Assembly: GCA_965200215.1 (NCBI GenBank)
Contig: OZ241369.1
Span: forward strand, 1,754 to 65,753
DNA from: Alphaproteobacteria bacterium
GTDB lineage: Bacteria; Pseudomonadota; Alphaproteobacteria; SP197
Length of the DNA: 64,000 nt
Direction of reading: 5' to 3'
The notes under the pieces are model-generated. The model searched no databases and had not been told where the DNA came from. It saw only the letters and a program-made list of their open reading frames with translations. Shown piece after piece: positions 27,284-36,174 of the stretch. Every line of letters starts with the position of its first letter. Position 1 is the stretch's first letter. The position numbers and the translations under genes are program-made.

Positions 27284-29032
27284 TCAATCGACGCCCATGC
27301 GCTTCATGATCCACCATTGCTGGGCGATGGAAAGCAGGTTGTTCCAGGTCCAGTAGATCACCAGGCCGGCCGGGAAGGTGGCGAACAGGAACAGGAAGAT
27401 CAGCGGCATGAACAGGAAGATCTTCGCCTGCGTCGGGTCCGGCGGCTGCGGGCTGATCTTCTGCTGCAACCACATGGTGCCCGACATCAGCAGCGGCCAG
27501 GCGCCGACCAGCAGAAAGGCCGGCAGGAAGGCGGCGGGCTCGAAAGGCAGCAGGCCGAACAGGTTCCAGATCACCACCGGGTCGGGCGCCGAAAGGTCCT
27601 CGATCCAGCCATAGAAAGGCACATGCCGCATCTCGATGGTGACGAACAGCACCTTGTAGAGCGCGAAGAAGACGGGGATCTGCACCAGGATGGGAAGGCA
27701 GCCCGAAGCCGGGTTGACCTTCTCCTTCTTGTACATCGCCATCAGCTCCTGCTGCATCTTCTGCTTGTCGTCGGCATAGCGCTCCCGCAGCTTCTTCATC
27801 TCCGGGGCCAGCTTGCGCATCTTGCTCATCGCCTTGTAGGACTTGTTGGCGAGCGGATAGAAGACGATCTTGATGACCACGGTGAGCGCCAGGATGGCGA
27901 GGCCGAAATTGCCGATCTGATTCTTCAGCCACAGCAGCACGAAAAAGATCGGCTTGGTCAGGAAATAAAACCAGCCGAAATCGACCGACCGGTCGAACAG
28001 CGGGATCGAGAACGCCTCGGCATAGGCGTCGAGCCTGGTCACCACCTTGGCCCCGGCGAAAAGCCGGTTCTTCGCTTCCACCGTCTCGCCCGCCCCCAGC
28101 GCCACGGCGGGGCCCAGATAATCGGCCTGATAGGTGTCCGTGGTCCCGTTCCTCAGATGGTAGAGAAAGCGGCCCTTGAACGCCAGCTCCTGGTCGGGGA
28201 TCAGCGCCGCCAGCCAGTATTTGTCGGTGATGCCGAGCCAGCCGCCGCTGCTCTCATAGCCGATCTGCGAGGGGTCGTCCGGGTCGCTGAGATCGTCGTA
28301 ATCGATCTCTTCGAGGGTCTCGTCGAAGACGCCGATCAGGCCCTCGTGCAGAATGTAGAAGCCCAGGGTGGGAGGCGTGCCGTGGCGGTTGACGAGTCCG
28401 TAGGGGAAGAGCGTGACCGCCCGGCCGCTGTTGTTGGCGACCGTCTGCGTCACCGTGAACATATAGCCGTCGTCGATCTCCACGCTGCGGCGGAAGACGA
28501 GGCCCTGGCCGTTGTCCCAGGTGAGGGTGAGGGGGCGGCCGGGCGCCAGCCGCTCGTCGTCGGCCCGCCACAGGCTGTCCGGGCCGGGCAGCGCCACGTC
28601 CTCCTCCTGCGCCAGCCAGCCGAATTCGGCGAAATAGGGCGATGGCCCGCCGACCGGCGAGAACAGAATCACCTCCGGTGCCAGGGGATCGACCCCGGTC
28701 CTGTAGCCGGTGAGCGTCAGGTCGTCGAGGCGCGCGCCCTTGAGCGCGATGGAGCCGTGAAGGCCGGGCGAGGACAGCGCCACGCGCTCGGCCTGCGCCA
28801 GCGCCTCCGGGCGGCTGAGCGCGGCCTCGCCTCGGGCCCTGCCGCCGCCCTCGACGACGTCGATCTCCGGCAGGCTGGCATCCGCGCTTTCGGTGGCCGC
28901 CAGCTCCTGCTGGCGTTGCAGCGTCTCCTGCTGCCGTTCCAGGCGGGGCAGTTCGTAGAAGACCTGCCAGGCGACGAACATCACGACGATGATCGCCATC
29001 GCCAGCCAGACGTTCTTCTGCTCCGTCTGCAT
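27284..29032 (-). CDS. yidC: Membrane protein insertase YidC.
   Basis: Start MQTEQKNVWLAMAIIVVMF (ATG at 29032), a large periplasmic domain and the conserved C-terminal TM core (GCLPILVQIPVFFALYKVL...YWTWNNLLSIAQQ). Confidence 0.95.
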   Translation of the reverse strand: MQTEQKNVWLAMAIIVVMFVAWQVFYELPRLERQQETLQRQQELAATESADASLPEIDVVEGGGRARGEAALSRPEALAQAERVALSSPGLHGSIALKGARLDDLTLTGYRTGVDPLAPEVILFSPVGGPSPYFAEFGWLAQEEDVALPGPDSLWRADDERLAPGRPLTLTWDNGQGLVFRRSVEIDDGYMFTVTQTVANNSGRAVTLFPYGLVNRHGTPPTLGFYILHEGLIGVFDETLEEIDYDDLSDPDDPSQIGYESSGGWLGITDKYWLAALIPDQELAFKGRFLYHLRNGTTDTYQADYLGPAVALGAGETVEAKNRLFAGAKVVTRLDAYAEAFSIPLFDRSVDFGWFYFLTKPIFFVLLWLKNQIGNFGLAILALTVVIKIVFYPLANKSYKAMSKMRKLAPEMKKLRERYADDKQKMQQELMAMYKKEKVNPASGCLPILVQIPVFFALYKVLFVTIEMRHVPFYGWIEDLSAPDPVVIWNLFGLLPFEPAAFLPAFLLVGAWPLLMSGTMWLQQKISPQPPDPTQAKIFLFMPLIFLFLFATFPAGLVIYWTWNNLLSIAQQWWIMKRMGVD

Positions 29033-29525
29033 CACCCTCACCCCACCCGCCCCAGCACCACCCACTCGCGCGGCAGTCGCCATGAAGGCGACCCCCGCTT
29101 GCGTGGCAGTCGCCATGAAAGAATCGCTTCCCGCCGCCAGGCACCACCCAGGCGCCCCGCCCCCTGGGAGCGCCGGCGTTCCGCCGGCAAACGGGCCGTC
29201 AGGCCCGTCAACGCACCGACCCCTGCCGTCAGGCACCGACCGAGCGTCCCGTCTCCTGGGAGCGCCGGCGTTCCGCCGGCAACGGGCCGCCAGGCACCGC
29301 ACCCACCACCCGCTCTCACCGGCCACCGGCCACCGGCCACTGGCCACAAGCCAGAGCGCCGGCGTCCCGCCGGCAACGGGCCGCCAGGCCCGTCAGCGCA
29401 CCCAACGCCCGCCGCCAGGCACCGCACCCACCACCCGCTCTCACCGACCACTAGCCACTGGCCACCGGCCACCGGCCACAAGCCAGAGCACCGGCGTCCC
29501 GCCCCCCGGCGTGCCGCCAGGCCCG
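29033..29525 (+). repeat. Tandem array of about 4 repeat core units plus tails, upstream of yidC. Also carries a duplicated GCAGTCGCCATGAA(G)GCGAC palindromic motif at 29066-29112.
   Basis: Four GGGAGCGCCGGCGTTCCGCCGGCAA(A)CGGGCC(G)NNNGGCCCGTCA(A/G)CGCACC units at ~29160, 29260, 29345 and 29490, each followed by a CCGCTCTCACCG(A/G)CCAC...GGCCAC tail. Confidence 0.8.
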
Positions 29526-29789
29526 TCAACGCACCGCCCCCCGCGCGCCCCGCCCGTCGCCGCCGGCCTCCGGCACCGGGTCGAAGCCGTGGCCGCCCAG
29601 CGGGTGGCAGCGGGCCAGCCGCCGCAGGGTCAGCGCCAGGCCCCGCCGCAGGCCGTGGCGGGCCAGGGCCTCCTCGGCATAGGCCGAGCAGCTGGGCAGG
29701 AAACGGCAGCAGGCCGGCGTGAACGGCGACAGGCCGTAGCGATAGAGCGCCAGCAGGCCGCGCAGCGCCAGGGTGGCGAGCCGCGTCAT
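29526..29789 (-). CDS. yidD: Membrane protein insertion efficiency factor YidD.
   Basis: YRYGLSPFTPACCRFLPSCSAYAEEALARHG...CHPLGGHGFDPVP is the YidD signature. Confidence 0.88.
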   Translation of the reverse strand: MTRLATLALRGLLALYRYGLSPFTPACCRFLPSCSAYAEEALARHGLRRGLALTLRRLARCHPLGGHGFDPVPEAGGDGRGARGAVR

Positions 29790-30160
29790 CGGCGCGGGGC
29801 CGCCGCCTGGCGTCGCAGCCGCCGCAGGGCGTCTTCCAGGTCCCGCCGCAGGGCGTCGAAACGGCGGCTGGCGGTGGCGTGCCGCGCGATCAGCACATAG
29901 TCGGTGGCCGGCAGGCCGCAGCGCGGCAGCATCTCGGCGGCCAGCGCCTTCAGCCGCCGCCTGGCGCGGTTGCGCCGCACGGCGCCGCCCACCTTGCGGC
30001 TCGCCGTGAAGCCGGCGCGCATGGCGCTGCCGCCGTCGTCGCGCCGGCAGGCCTGGACCACCATGCCGGGCGTTACCGCCTTGCGCCTGGCGGCGGCGAC
30101 GCGGAGATAGTCGCGCCTGCGCTTCAGGCGCGCCGGGGCACCGTCGGCGGCATCGGTCAT
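29786..30160 (-). CDS. rnpA: Ribonuclease P protein component.
   Basis: Basic small protein with the RNR motif region (AVRRNRARRRLK). Confidence 0.88.
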   Translation of the reverse strand: MTDAADGAPARLKRRRDYLRVAAARRKAVTPGMVVQACRRDDGGSAMRAGFTASRKVGGAVRRNRARRRLKALAAEMLPRCGLPATDYVLIARHATASRRFDALRRDLEDALRRLRRQAAAPRR

Positions 30161-30164
30161 GAAC

Positions 30165-30299
30165 TCAGGCCGACAGGCGCTTGCGACCCTTGGCGCGCCG
30201 GCGCGCGATCACGCGCCGCCCGCTCACCGTCCTCATGCGGGCGCGAAAACCGTGGCGGCGTTTGCGGATGATCCGGCTGGGCTGATAGGTGCGCTTCAC
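30165..30299 (-). CDS. rpmH: 50S ribosomal protein L34 (GTG start).
   Basis: [44 protein letters not shown]; canonical rpmH-rnpA-yidD-yidC gene order. Confidence 0.9.
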   Translation of the reverse strand: MKRTYQPSRIIRKRRHGFRARMRTVSGRRVIARRRAKGRKRLSA

Positions 30300-30359
30300 C
30301 GTCTGTCTCCCCGAACGCCCGCGACCGCCGCGAGCGGGCGGCACCATATAGACGCCCCA

Positions 30360-30595
30360 CCCCCCCACTGTCAACGCCATCGCCAGGCAGCGCCCAGGCT
30401 TGAAAACGGGCAGGCCCCGTTCACCACCACCCTCAGCCACCGCTAGGCACCGCCGTCAGCATCACGCCCCCTGGGAGCGCCGGCGTCCCGCCGACAACGG
30501 GCCGAAGGCCCGTCGACGCTCCACACCCCGCTCCCACTAACCACTAGCCACTAACCACTAGCCACTGCCATTATCCCACCCGCGTTACGGGAGAA
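30360..30595 (+). repeat. Dispersed repeat copy with head hairpin (TTGAAAACGGGCAGGCCCCGTTCACC), core and tail; + orientation.
   Basis: The head hairpin has AACGGG/CCCGTT arms (compensatory relative to AATGG/CCATT in other copies). Core GGGAGCGCCGGCGTCCCGCCGACAACGGGCCGAAGGCCCGTCGACGC, tail CCCACTAACCACTAGCCACTAACCACTAGCCACTGCC. Confidence 0.8.
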
Positions 30596-30601
30596 ACGGC
30601 G

Positions 30602-31256
30602 ATGGCCGCAGAGGTCGTCCTCTACACCAACCCCATGTCGCGGGGGCGGATCGTCCGCTGGATGCTGGAGGAGGTGGGCTGCCCCTACCGCGCCGAACTC
30701 CTCGACTACGGCCCGGCGATGAAGTCCGCCGCCTATCTGGCCGTCAACCCGATGGGCAAGGTTCCCGCCATCCGCCACGGCGGCGCGGTCGTCACCGAGG
30801 CGGCCGCCATCTGCGCCTATCTCGCCGACGCCTTCCCGGCCGCCGGCTTGGCGCCGCCGCAAGGCGGCCGCGGCCCCTTCTACCGCTGGCTGTTCTTCGC
30901 CGCCGGCCCCCTGGAAGCGGCCACCGCCGGCCGCTTCATGGGCTGGCAGGCGCCGCCCGACCGCGAGGGAATGTTGGGCTACGGCACCTTCGCCGCCGTC
31001 ATGAACACGCTGGAACAGGGGCTGGAACGGGCGCTGACAGGGGCGGCTGGATCGCCGGCCAGGCCTTCTCGGCCGCCGACGTCTATGTCGGCTCCCACTC
31101 GGCTGGGGCCTGCAACTGGATTCCATCGACAAGCGCCCCGCCTTCGTCGACTACTGGTCCAGGCTCGCCGCGCGCGAGGCATACCGGCGCGCCACCGCCA
31201 TCGACGACGCCCTCGAAAGCGAGCGCGCCGGAAAAGGCGGAGCGCCTGACCCGTGA
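30602..31256 (+). pseudogene. Glutathione S-transferase gene disrupted by two -1 frameshifts (near 31035 and near 31098).
   Basis: The N-terminal GST fold (VVLYTNPMSRGRIVRWMLEEVG...VPAIRHGGAVVTEAAAICAYLAD) is in frame A. The C-terminal domain continues in frame B (DRGGWIAGQAFSAADVYVGSH) and then frame C (LGWGLQLDSIDKRPAFVDYWSRLAAREAYRRA...*). Sequencing error cannot be excluded. Confidence 0.55.
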
Positions 31257-31680
31257 CCCCGCCACCAGGGAGCCCGCGCCGTGGGGGAAGGGGCCCCTGC
31301 CGCCACCAGGCACCACCCCCACCACCCGCACCCCCCTGGGAGCGCCGGCGTCCCGCCGGCAACGGGCCGAAGGCCCGCCGACGCACCGCCGTCCGCCATC
31401 CGCACCCCCCTGGGAGCGCCGGCGTCTCGCCGGCAAACGGGCCGCAAGGCCCGTCAACGCACCACCGCCTGCCGCCAGGCACTACCCCCACCACCCGCAT
31501 CCGGCCACTGGCCACTGGCATCCCCTGGGAGCGCCGGCATCTCGCCGGCAAACGGGCCGCAAGGCCCGTCAACGCACCGCCGCCCACCGCCAGGCACCGC
31601 ACCCACCATCCGCTCTCACCGGCCACTGGCCACTGGCGCCTGGCCACCGGCATCCCACCGCCAGCTAGCGTGCCGATGAG
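31257..31680 (+). repeat. Tandem of about 4 repeat core units plus tail, + orientation.
   Basis: Cores at ~31325, 31405, 31510 and 31560 (GGGAGCGCCGGC(G/A)TC(C/T)CGCCGGCAA(A)CGGGCCG(A/C)AGGCCCG), tail CCGCTCTCACCGGCCACTGGCCACTGGCGCCTGGCCACC. Confidence 0.8.
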
Positions 31681-33378
31681 ATGAGCGGGCGCCGCCGCGG
31701 CAGCCGCCGCCCCCGACAGCCTTCGCCCCCGCCGGAGGGCGCCGCCCGGCCCTTCCTGCCGCCCGGCTTCCCGTCATCCGTGGGCGAGGCCTTCTGGTTC
31801 GCCCCCGCGCTGACCGCCGCCTACGCCCTGGTGCTGGCCTTCGCCATGTCCCATCACGAAATGTGGCGCGACGAACTCCAGCACTGGATGCTCGTGCGCG
31901 ACAGCGCGGGACCGTGGGAGCTGTTCCGCAACGCGAAATACGAAACCATCCCCAAGCTGTGGCATCTGTTGCTGCTGCCGGTCGCATGGCTGACGCCGTC
32001 CCCGCTGGGGATGCAGATCCTCCACGGGGCCCTCGCCTCGGCGGTCGTCTTCGTCGTGGCGCGCTATGCGCCCTTCGACCCGCTCCAGAAGCTCCTGTTC
32101 GCCTTCGGTTATTTTCCCCTCTTCGAATACGGAGTGATGTCGCGCAACTATGCGCTCGGCCTGCTGTTCGTCGTCATGGCCTGCGCGCTTTGGCGCTCCC
32201 GCCATCGAAGGCCGCTGCGGCTGGCCCTGGTGCTGGCCCTGATGAGCAACACCGGCGCTCACGCCTGCATCGTCGCTATCGCCCTGCTGCTCGCCCTGCT
32301 GCTCGATGGCTGGCTCGCCCGCCGCGCCCTGGCCCGGGACGGCGCGGTGGATCCGCGCAGGCTCTGCTGCGGCCTCGCCATCGTCGCCGCCGGCATCGCG
32401 CTCTCGGTGCTTCAGATGATTCCGCCGCCCGACGTAACCCTGTCCACGCCGACCGCCACCTGGAAGCATTCGTGGTATCTGGAATGGAATCCTGCATGGC
32501 TGGCGATATGCCTGAAAACCATTCCTTTCGCGCTCTTCTTTCCCGCCGATCCGGAATTCGTGCCGGTGGTGGGCTTGATTACCGGGGTGCATGGGGCCGT
32601 CTACGGGGTAGCGGTGGCGCTGGCGTTTCCGGCCGTCGCCGCCGCCTTCTGCTGGCGCCGGCCCGTCGCGCTTTTCCTGTTTCTCTGCCTCGTGGCGGGA
32701 TTTCTGACCTTCTTCTACGCCGTCCATCTCGGCTCCTTCCGGCACTGGGGTTTTCTTCTGATCTCCCTTCTGATCGTGGCCTGGGTTTCCGCTCAAGGCG
32801 GAAGCGGCCCGACCGGCCCTGCCGCCGGCCCCGGCCCTGAAAGCCGCCGCGCGCTCCACGCAAGGCGCATCGGCCGCCTCCTGCTGACGGGCCTCCTGGC
32901 GATGCACGCCTTCGGCGGCATAAGGGCGGTGGCCATGGAGGTCGAGCGCCCCTTTTCCCAGGCGGCGGCCGCCGCCGCATACATCCGGGCCAACGGCCTG
33001 GAGCCCCTGCCGATGATCGGTTTCCCGGACTGGCCCGCCAGCGCCGTGCTCGGGCATCTGTCGCCGGAGAAACGCATCCACTATGTGCAGGGAAACCGGG
33101 AGGGTTCCTTCGTCCGCTGGGACGGAGCGCGCATCGGCACCGGGCCGCGGGGCGGCATCGAGGACCGGACCCTGTTCTTCCAGACCCAGGCCCTGGCCGC
33201 CCGCAACCACGGCAGGGTCCTGATGCTCCTGAACGTCCCGCTGGAGATTCCGCCCGAAGAACGGCGTCTCGAACCGCTCGCGTCCTTCACGGGGGCCATC
33301 GCTACCGATGAGGACTTCTATCTCTATCTCTACCGGCCGCCGCCCGGCGACGCTCGATCCGGCTCCCATGTCGAGTGA
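31681..33378 (+). CDS. Polytopic integral membrane protein (565 aa), probably a GT-C-type glycosyltransferase; first gene of the glycosylation island.
   Basis: More than 10 predicted TM helices, a C-terminal soluble region, and a position immediately upstream of the GT2 gene. Family assignment is uncertain. Confidence 0.6.
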   Translation: MSGRRRGSRRPRQPSPPPEGAARPFLPPGFPSSVGEAFWFAPALTAAYALVLAFAMSHHEMWRDELQHWMLVRDSAGPWELFRNAKYETIPKLWHLLLLPVAWLTPSPLGMQILHGALASAVVFVVARYAPFDPLQKLLFAFGYFPLFEYGVMSRNYALGLLFVVMACALWRSRHRRPLRLALVLALMSNTGAHACIVAIALLLALLLDGWLARRALARDGAVDPRRLCCGLAIVAAGIALSVLQMIPPPDVTLSTPTATWKHSWYLEWNPAWLAICLKTIPFALFFPADPEFVPVVGLITGVHGAVYGVAVALAFPAVAAAFCWRRPVALFLFLCLVAGFLTFFYAVHLGSFRHWGFLLISLLIVAWVSAQGGSGPTGPAAGPGPESRRALHARRIGRLLLTGLLAMHAFGGIRAVAMEVERPFSQAAAAAAYIRANGLEPLPMIGFPDWPASAVLGHLSPEKRIHYVQGNREGSFVRWDGARIGTGPRGGIEDRTLFFQTQALAARNHGRVLMLLNVPLEIPPEERRLEPLASFTGAIATDEDFYLYLYRPPPGDARSGSHVE

Positions 33379-33393
33379 CGCCACCCCCGGGCG

Positions 33394-34119
33394 GTGGCGG
33401 CCATGCCGGCGGAGGCTCCCTTGATCCCGGACGCCCTCACCATCGCGGTGCTCTGCCGCAACGAGGCGGGGACCATCCGCGCGGTCCTCGAGGACGCGCG
33501 CCGCGCCGTCCCCGGTGCGAGGCTTCTGGTCATCGACAACGCTTCCACCGACGGTTCGGGCGACCGCGCCCGGGAGGCGGGCGCCAGGGTCGTCTTCGTG
33601 CCCGAACCCGGTTTCGGCCGTGCCTGGCGCGCTGTGCTCGCTTCGGTCGAGACGCCGTGCTGCGTCGTCACCGATGGCGACGGCGAATGGCCCCTCGAAC
33701 CGGTCCTTCCCCGGCTCATCGGCGAGTTCGAGCGTTCGGGCGCCGACTTCATGCTGGGCTGGCGCACGTCGAGCGTCCGCTCCTGGTACAATGCTAGGCT
33801 CGGTCTGCCTGCGCTCAACGGGCTTGCCCGATGCGTGCGGGGCGTCCCGCTCCGGGATCTGCACACCGGGGTGCGCCTGTTTCGCACCGCGTCGCTGCGC
33901 GGCCTGCCGATCCGCTGCCGCGGCATGGGCGCGCAGACCGAGCTCGTCCTCCGCATCCACAAGGCGGGCCTGCGCTTCGCCGAGGGTCCGGTCGCCATGG
34001 CCCCGGCCATCCCGGGCCGCCGCCCCCATCTTCGCCCGCTTCGCGACGGCCTAGCCTGCGCCGCCCTGACCCTGGGCGGCCTCGAGCTCCTGGACCTCCT
34101 GGCCACCCGCCGCCGCTAA
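33394..34119 (+). CDS. Family 2 glycosyltransferase, polyprenyl-phosphate mannose/glucose synthase-like (DPM1-like).
   Basis: LTIAVLCRNEAGTIRAVLED...LLVIDNASTDGSGD...TDGDGEW are GT2 motifs (DxD/DGD). Confidence 0.78.
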   Translation: MAAMPAEAPLIPDALTIAVLCRNEAGTIRAVLEDARRAVPGARLLVIDNASTDGSGDRAREAGARVVFVPEPGFGRAWRAVLASVETPCCVVTDGDGEWPLEPVLPRLIGEFERSGADFMLGWRTSSVRSWYNARLGLPALNGLARCVRGVPLRDLHTGVRLFRTASLRGLPIRCRGMGAQTELVLRIHKAGLRFAEGPVAMAPAIPGRRPHLRPLRDGLACAALTLGGLELLDLLATRRR

Positions 34120-34255
34120 CCCCCACCGCCAGCCACACGCCCCCGGAGCGCCGCCGCCAGGCACCGCCCCACCGCCAGGCACCACCGCTTCCACCCGCTC
34201 TCACTAACCACTAGCCACCGACCACTGGCCACCGGCCACTAGCCCCCACCCCCCA
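34120..34255 (+). repeat. Dispersed intergenic repeat copy (tail-dominant), + orientation.
   Basis: CCACCGCCAGGCACCACCGCTTCCACCCGCTCTCACTAACCACTAGCCACCGACCACTGGCCACCGGCCACTAGCC. Confidence 0.75.
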
Positions 34256-35989
34256 TCACCCCGCCTTGACAAAGCGAATGTTAAAACCAGCCGGCGGCGC
34301 CGGCGCGTCGGGAAAGACGCGGCGCAGGAACTCCTCGCTGTACGTGTTCGGTATGAAGGGCCTGTACTCCTCCCAGCGGCGGACCGGCGCGTCGTTCTCC
34401 TCGCGGCGCAGGATGCGGAGATTGCCGAACGCCTTCTCCACCGCATAGCCGGGAACGACCAGCTCCGGGAGTTCGGTCACGATGTGGCTGGCCGAGACCC
34501 GGAGCGTTTCCAGCTGGTGCAGGTCGTTGGCGACCCCGGTCTGCGAATCGTAGAACGGGATCTTGCGGTGCAGATGGTAGTAGCCGGGGGTGGCGAGATA
34601 GGCGCGGTCGATCTGCCACACCGCTTCGACCCCCGGAGCGGTGGCGAGATAGCGATATGCCGCGAACGTGGCGTCCTGGTCGCGGAGAAAGCGGATGGGC
34701 AGCGGGTTGCCCGCGCAGCACGCTTCGTCCTGTTCCGGCAGCGCGTTCAGAATCCCGACCAGCGACACCGCCGCGAACAGGGCACCGGCCAGCCCATAGG
34801 CCAGCGCCGGCTTGCCGGCTCGCTCGGCGAGCCGCGCCACCAGGTCGGCGCCGGCCAGCAGCCAGAGGGGGACCACCGCGAAGACGAAGCGATATTCCTT
34901 GTGCGTCTGGGTGGAATGGATGAGTAGGATCAGGGCGATGGAGAGGAGCAGGAACCCGTAGCGGCGCGGTGCGGAGGCCGCCGCCGCCGCGCACAACGCG
35001 CTCAGGCCCCCGCCGGTGAACAGCAGCCACACCAGGTACTGATACGCCGGCTTCGTTTCATAGGCGGTCCGTTCCAGCCCCAGGTTGAAACGGAGGTTGT
35101 TGACATAGGACTGGAACAGCCCGGCGTCCCACGTCACCGCGTCGAACGCGCCGACCGCCAGCAGCACCGCCGCCGCGGCGAACGCCGCCTGCACCCTCGC
35201 GGCCTTGCCGGCCCGCAGGAACCACAGGCCCAGCAGCGCCAGCGCCAGGGGCGCATACTGGATCCGCACCGCCGCCGCCAGCACCGCCAGCAAGGCCACC
35301 GCCCAGGCGCCGCCCGCCCGGGCCGTTCCCGATCCGTCCGGCGAGGCGCGCACGCACAGCGCCAGCAGCGCCGTCAGCAGGGCGGTCGCGACCAGCTCGG
35401 TCAGCGGCTTGTGCGCGTAGCCGGCCAGCTCGTACCAGAACGCACCGGCCACCAGCGCCACCCGTGCCGACATTTCCCCCAGATGCCGCCGCGCGAAGAA
35501 ATACATCCCGGCCGGAATGGCCAGCGAGAGGGCGCAGAACGCCAGTTCGACCCCGCCGACGTACCAGGCCGGCTGCCCTAGCCCCACGGCGTCGAACAGG
35601 ACCAGAATCCCGGCGATCGCCACCGGCAGCAGCAGCGAGCGCGCGCCGTAGACCTGCTCCCAATACATGACGCCGTTGCCGAAGGCGAGCAGGTGCCCGA
35701 CCTCCAGATACTGCATGTACTCGTCGAAATGCAGCCGGGAATCGCCGTAGAGCGCGATACCCGCCCGCACCGCGAAGGCCAGCGCCAGCACCGGCCAGAA
35801 CCACCTCCACACCGGCTCGTCACCCGCCCGCAGATGCAACAACCCATCCACCGCCCCACCCAGGCGGGCAAGCGCGCGTCCGGGCAATCCCCGGCCCGAC
35901 GCCGCCTCGCGCCCCTCCGCCACCCCGCGCGTCTGCGAGGGCAGGGGCCGCGCCCCCCGCCGCCCAGCCTTTCTCTCCCGCCTAGCCAT
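34256..35989 (-). CDS. GT22-like (PIG-B/ALG9-type) integral-membrane mannosyltransferase, paralog 1 of 4.
   Basis: 577 aa, polytopic. HFDEYMQYLEVGH is a variant of the GT22 HPDExFQxLE motif. C-terminal region about 50% identical to paralogs 2-4. Confidence 0.72.
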   Translation of the reverse strand: MARRERKAGRRGARPLPSQTRGVAEGREAASGRGLPGRALARLGGAVDGLLHLRAGDEPVWRWFWPVLALAFAVRAGIALYGDSRLHFDEYMQYLEVGHLLAFGNGVMYWEQVYGARSLLLPVAIAGILVLFDAVGLGQPAWYVGGVELAFCALSLAIPAGMYFFARRHLGEMSARVALVAGAFWYELAGYAHKPLTELVATALLTALLALCVRASPDGSGTARAGGAWAVALLAVLAAAVRIQYAPLALALLGLWFLRAGKAARVQAAFAAAAVLLAVGAFDAVTWDAGLFQSYVNNLRFNLGLERTAYETKPAYQYLVWLLFTGGGLSALCAAAAASAPRRYGFLLLSIALILLIHSTQTHKEYRFVFAVVPLWLLAGADLVARLAERAGKPALAYGLAGALFAAVSLVGILNALPEQDEACCAGNPLPIRFLRDQDATFAAYRYLATAPGVEAVWQIDRAYLATPGYYHLHRKIPFYDSQTGVANDLHQLETLRVSASHIVTELPELVVPGYAVEKAFGNLRILRREENDAPVRRWEEYRPFIPNTYSEEFLRRVFPDAPAPPAGFNIRFVKAG

Positions 35990-36174
35990 AAAAGCGCCTA
36001 ACCCCCACCCTCACGCACCGTCATCAGCCACCCGGCGCCCCCCTGGCACCGACCGAGCGTCACGCCCCCTGGGAGCGCCGGCGTCCCGCCGGCAACGGGC
36101 CGAAGGCCCGCCAGGCACCACCCCCACCCCCCGCTCTCACTAACCACTAGCCACTGGCCACTATCCACGAACCA
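35990..36174 (+). repeat. Dispersed intergenic repeat copy, + orientation.
   Basis: CCCTGGGAGCGCCGGCGTCCCGCCGGCAACGGGCCGAAGGCCCGCCAGGCACC plus CCGCTCTCACTAACCACTAGCCACTGGCCACTATCC. Confidence 0.8.

Noticed and set aside
25011-27932. 973-aa minus-strand ORF
   Set aside because: It is a chimeric open frame across argB, engB and yidC in wrong frames. Only the terminal 226 codons (the HAD nucleotidase) are real.
29038-29529. Minus-strand ORFs with ...WRWLVVSG / GGTPALPGG peptides, and + ORFs with ...[15 protein letters not shown]... (for example 4343..4612, 9252..9686, 31253..31684 and many others)
   Set aside because: These are translations of the dispersed repeat family. The same 'peptides' recur wherever a repeat occurs, so they are not protein-coding.
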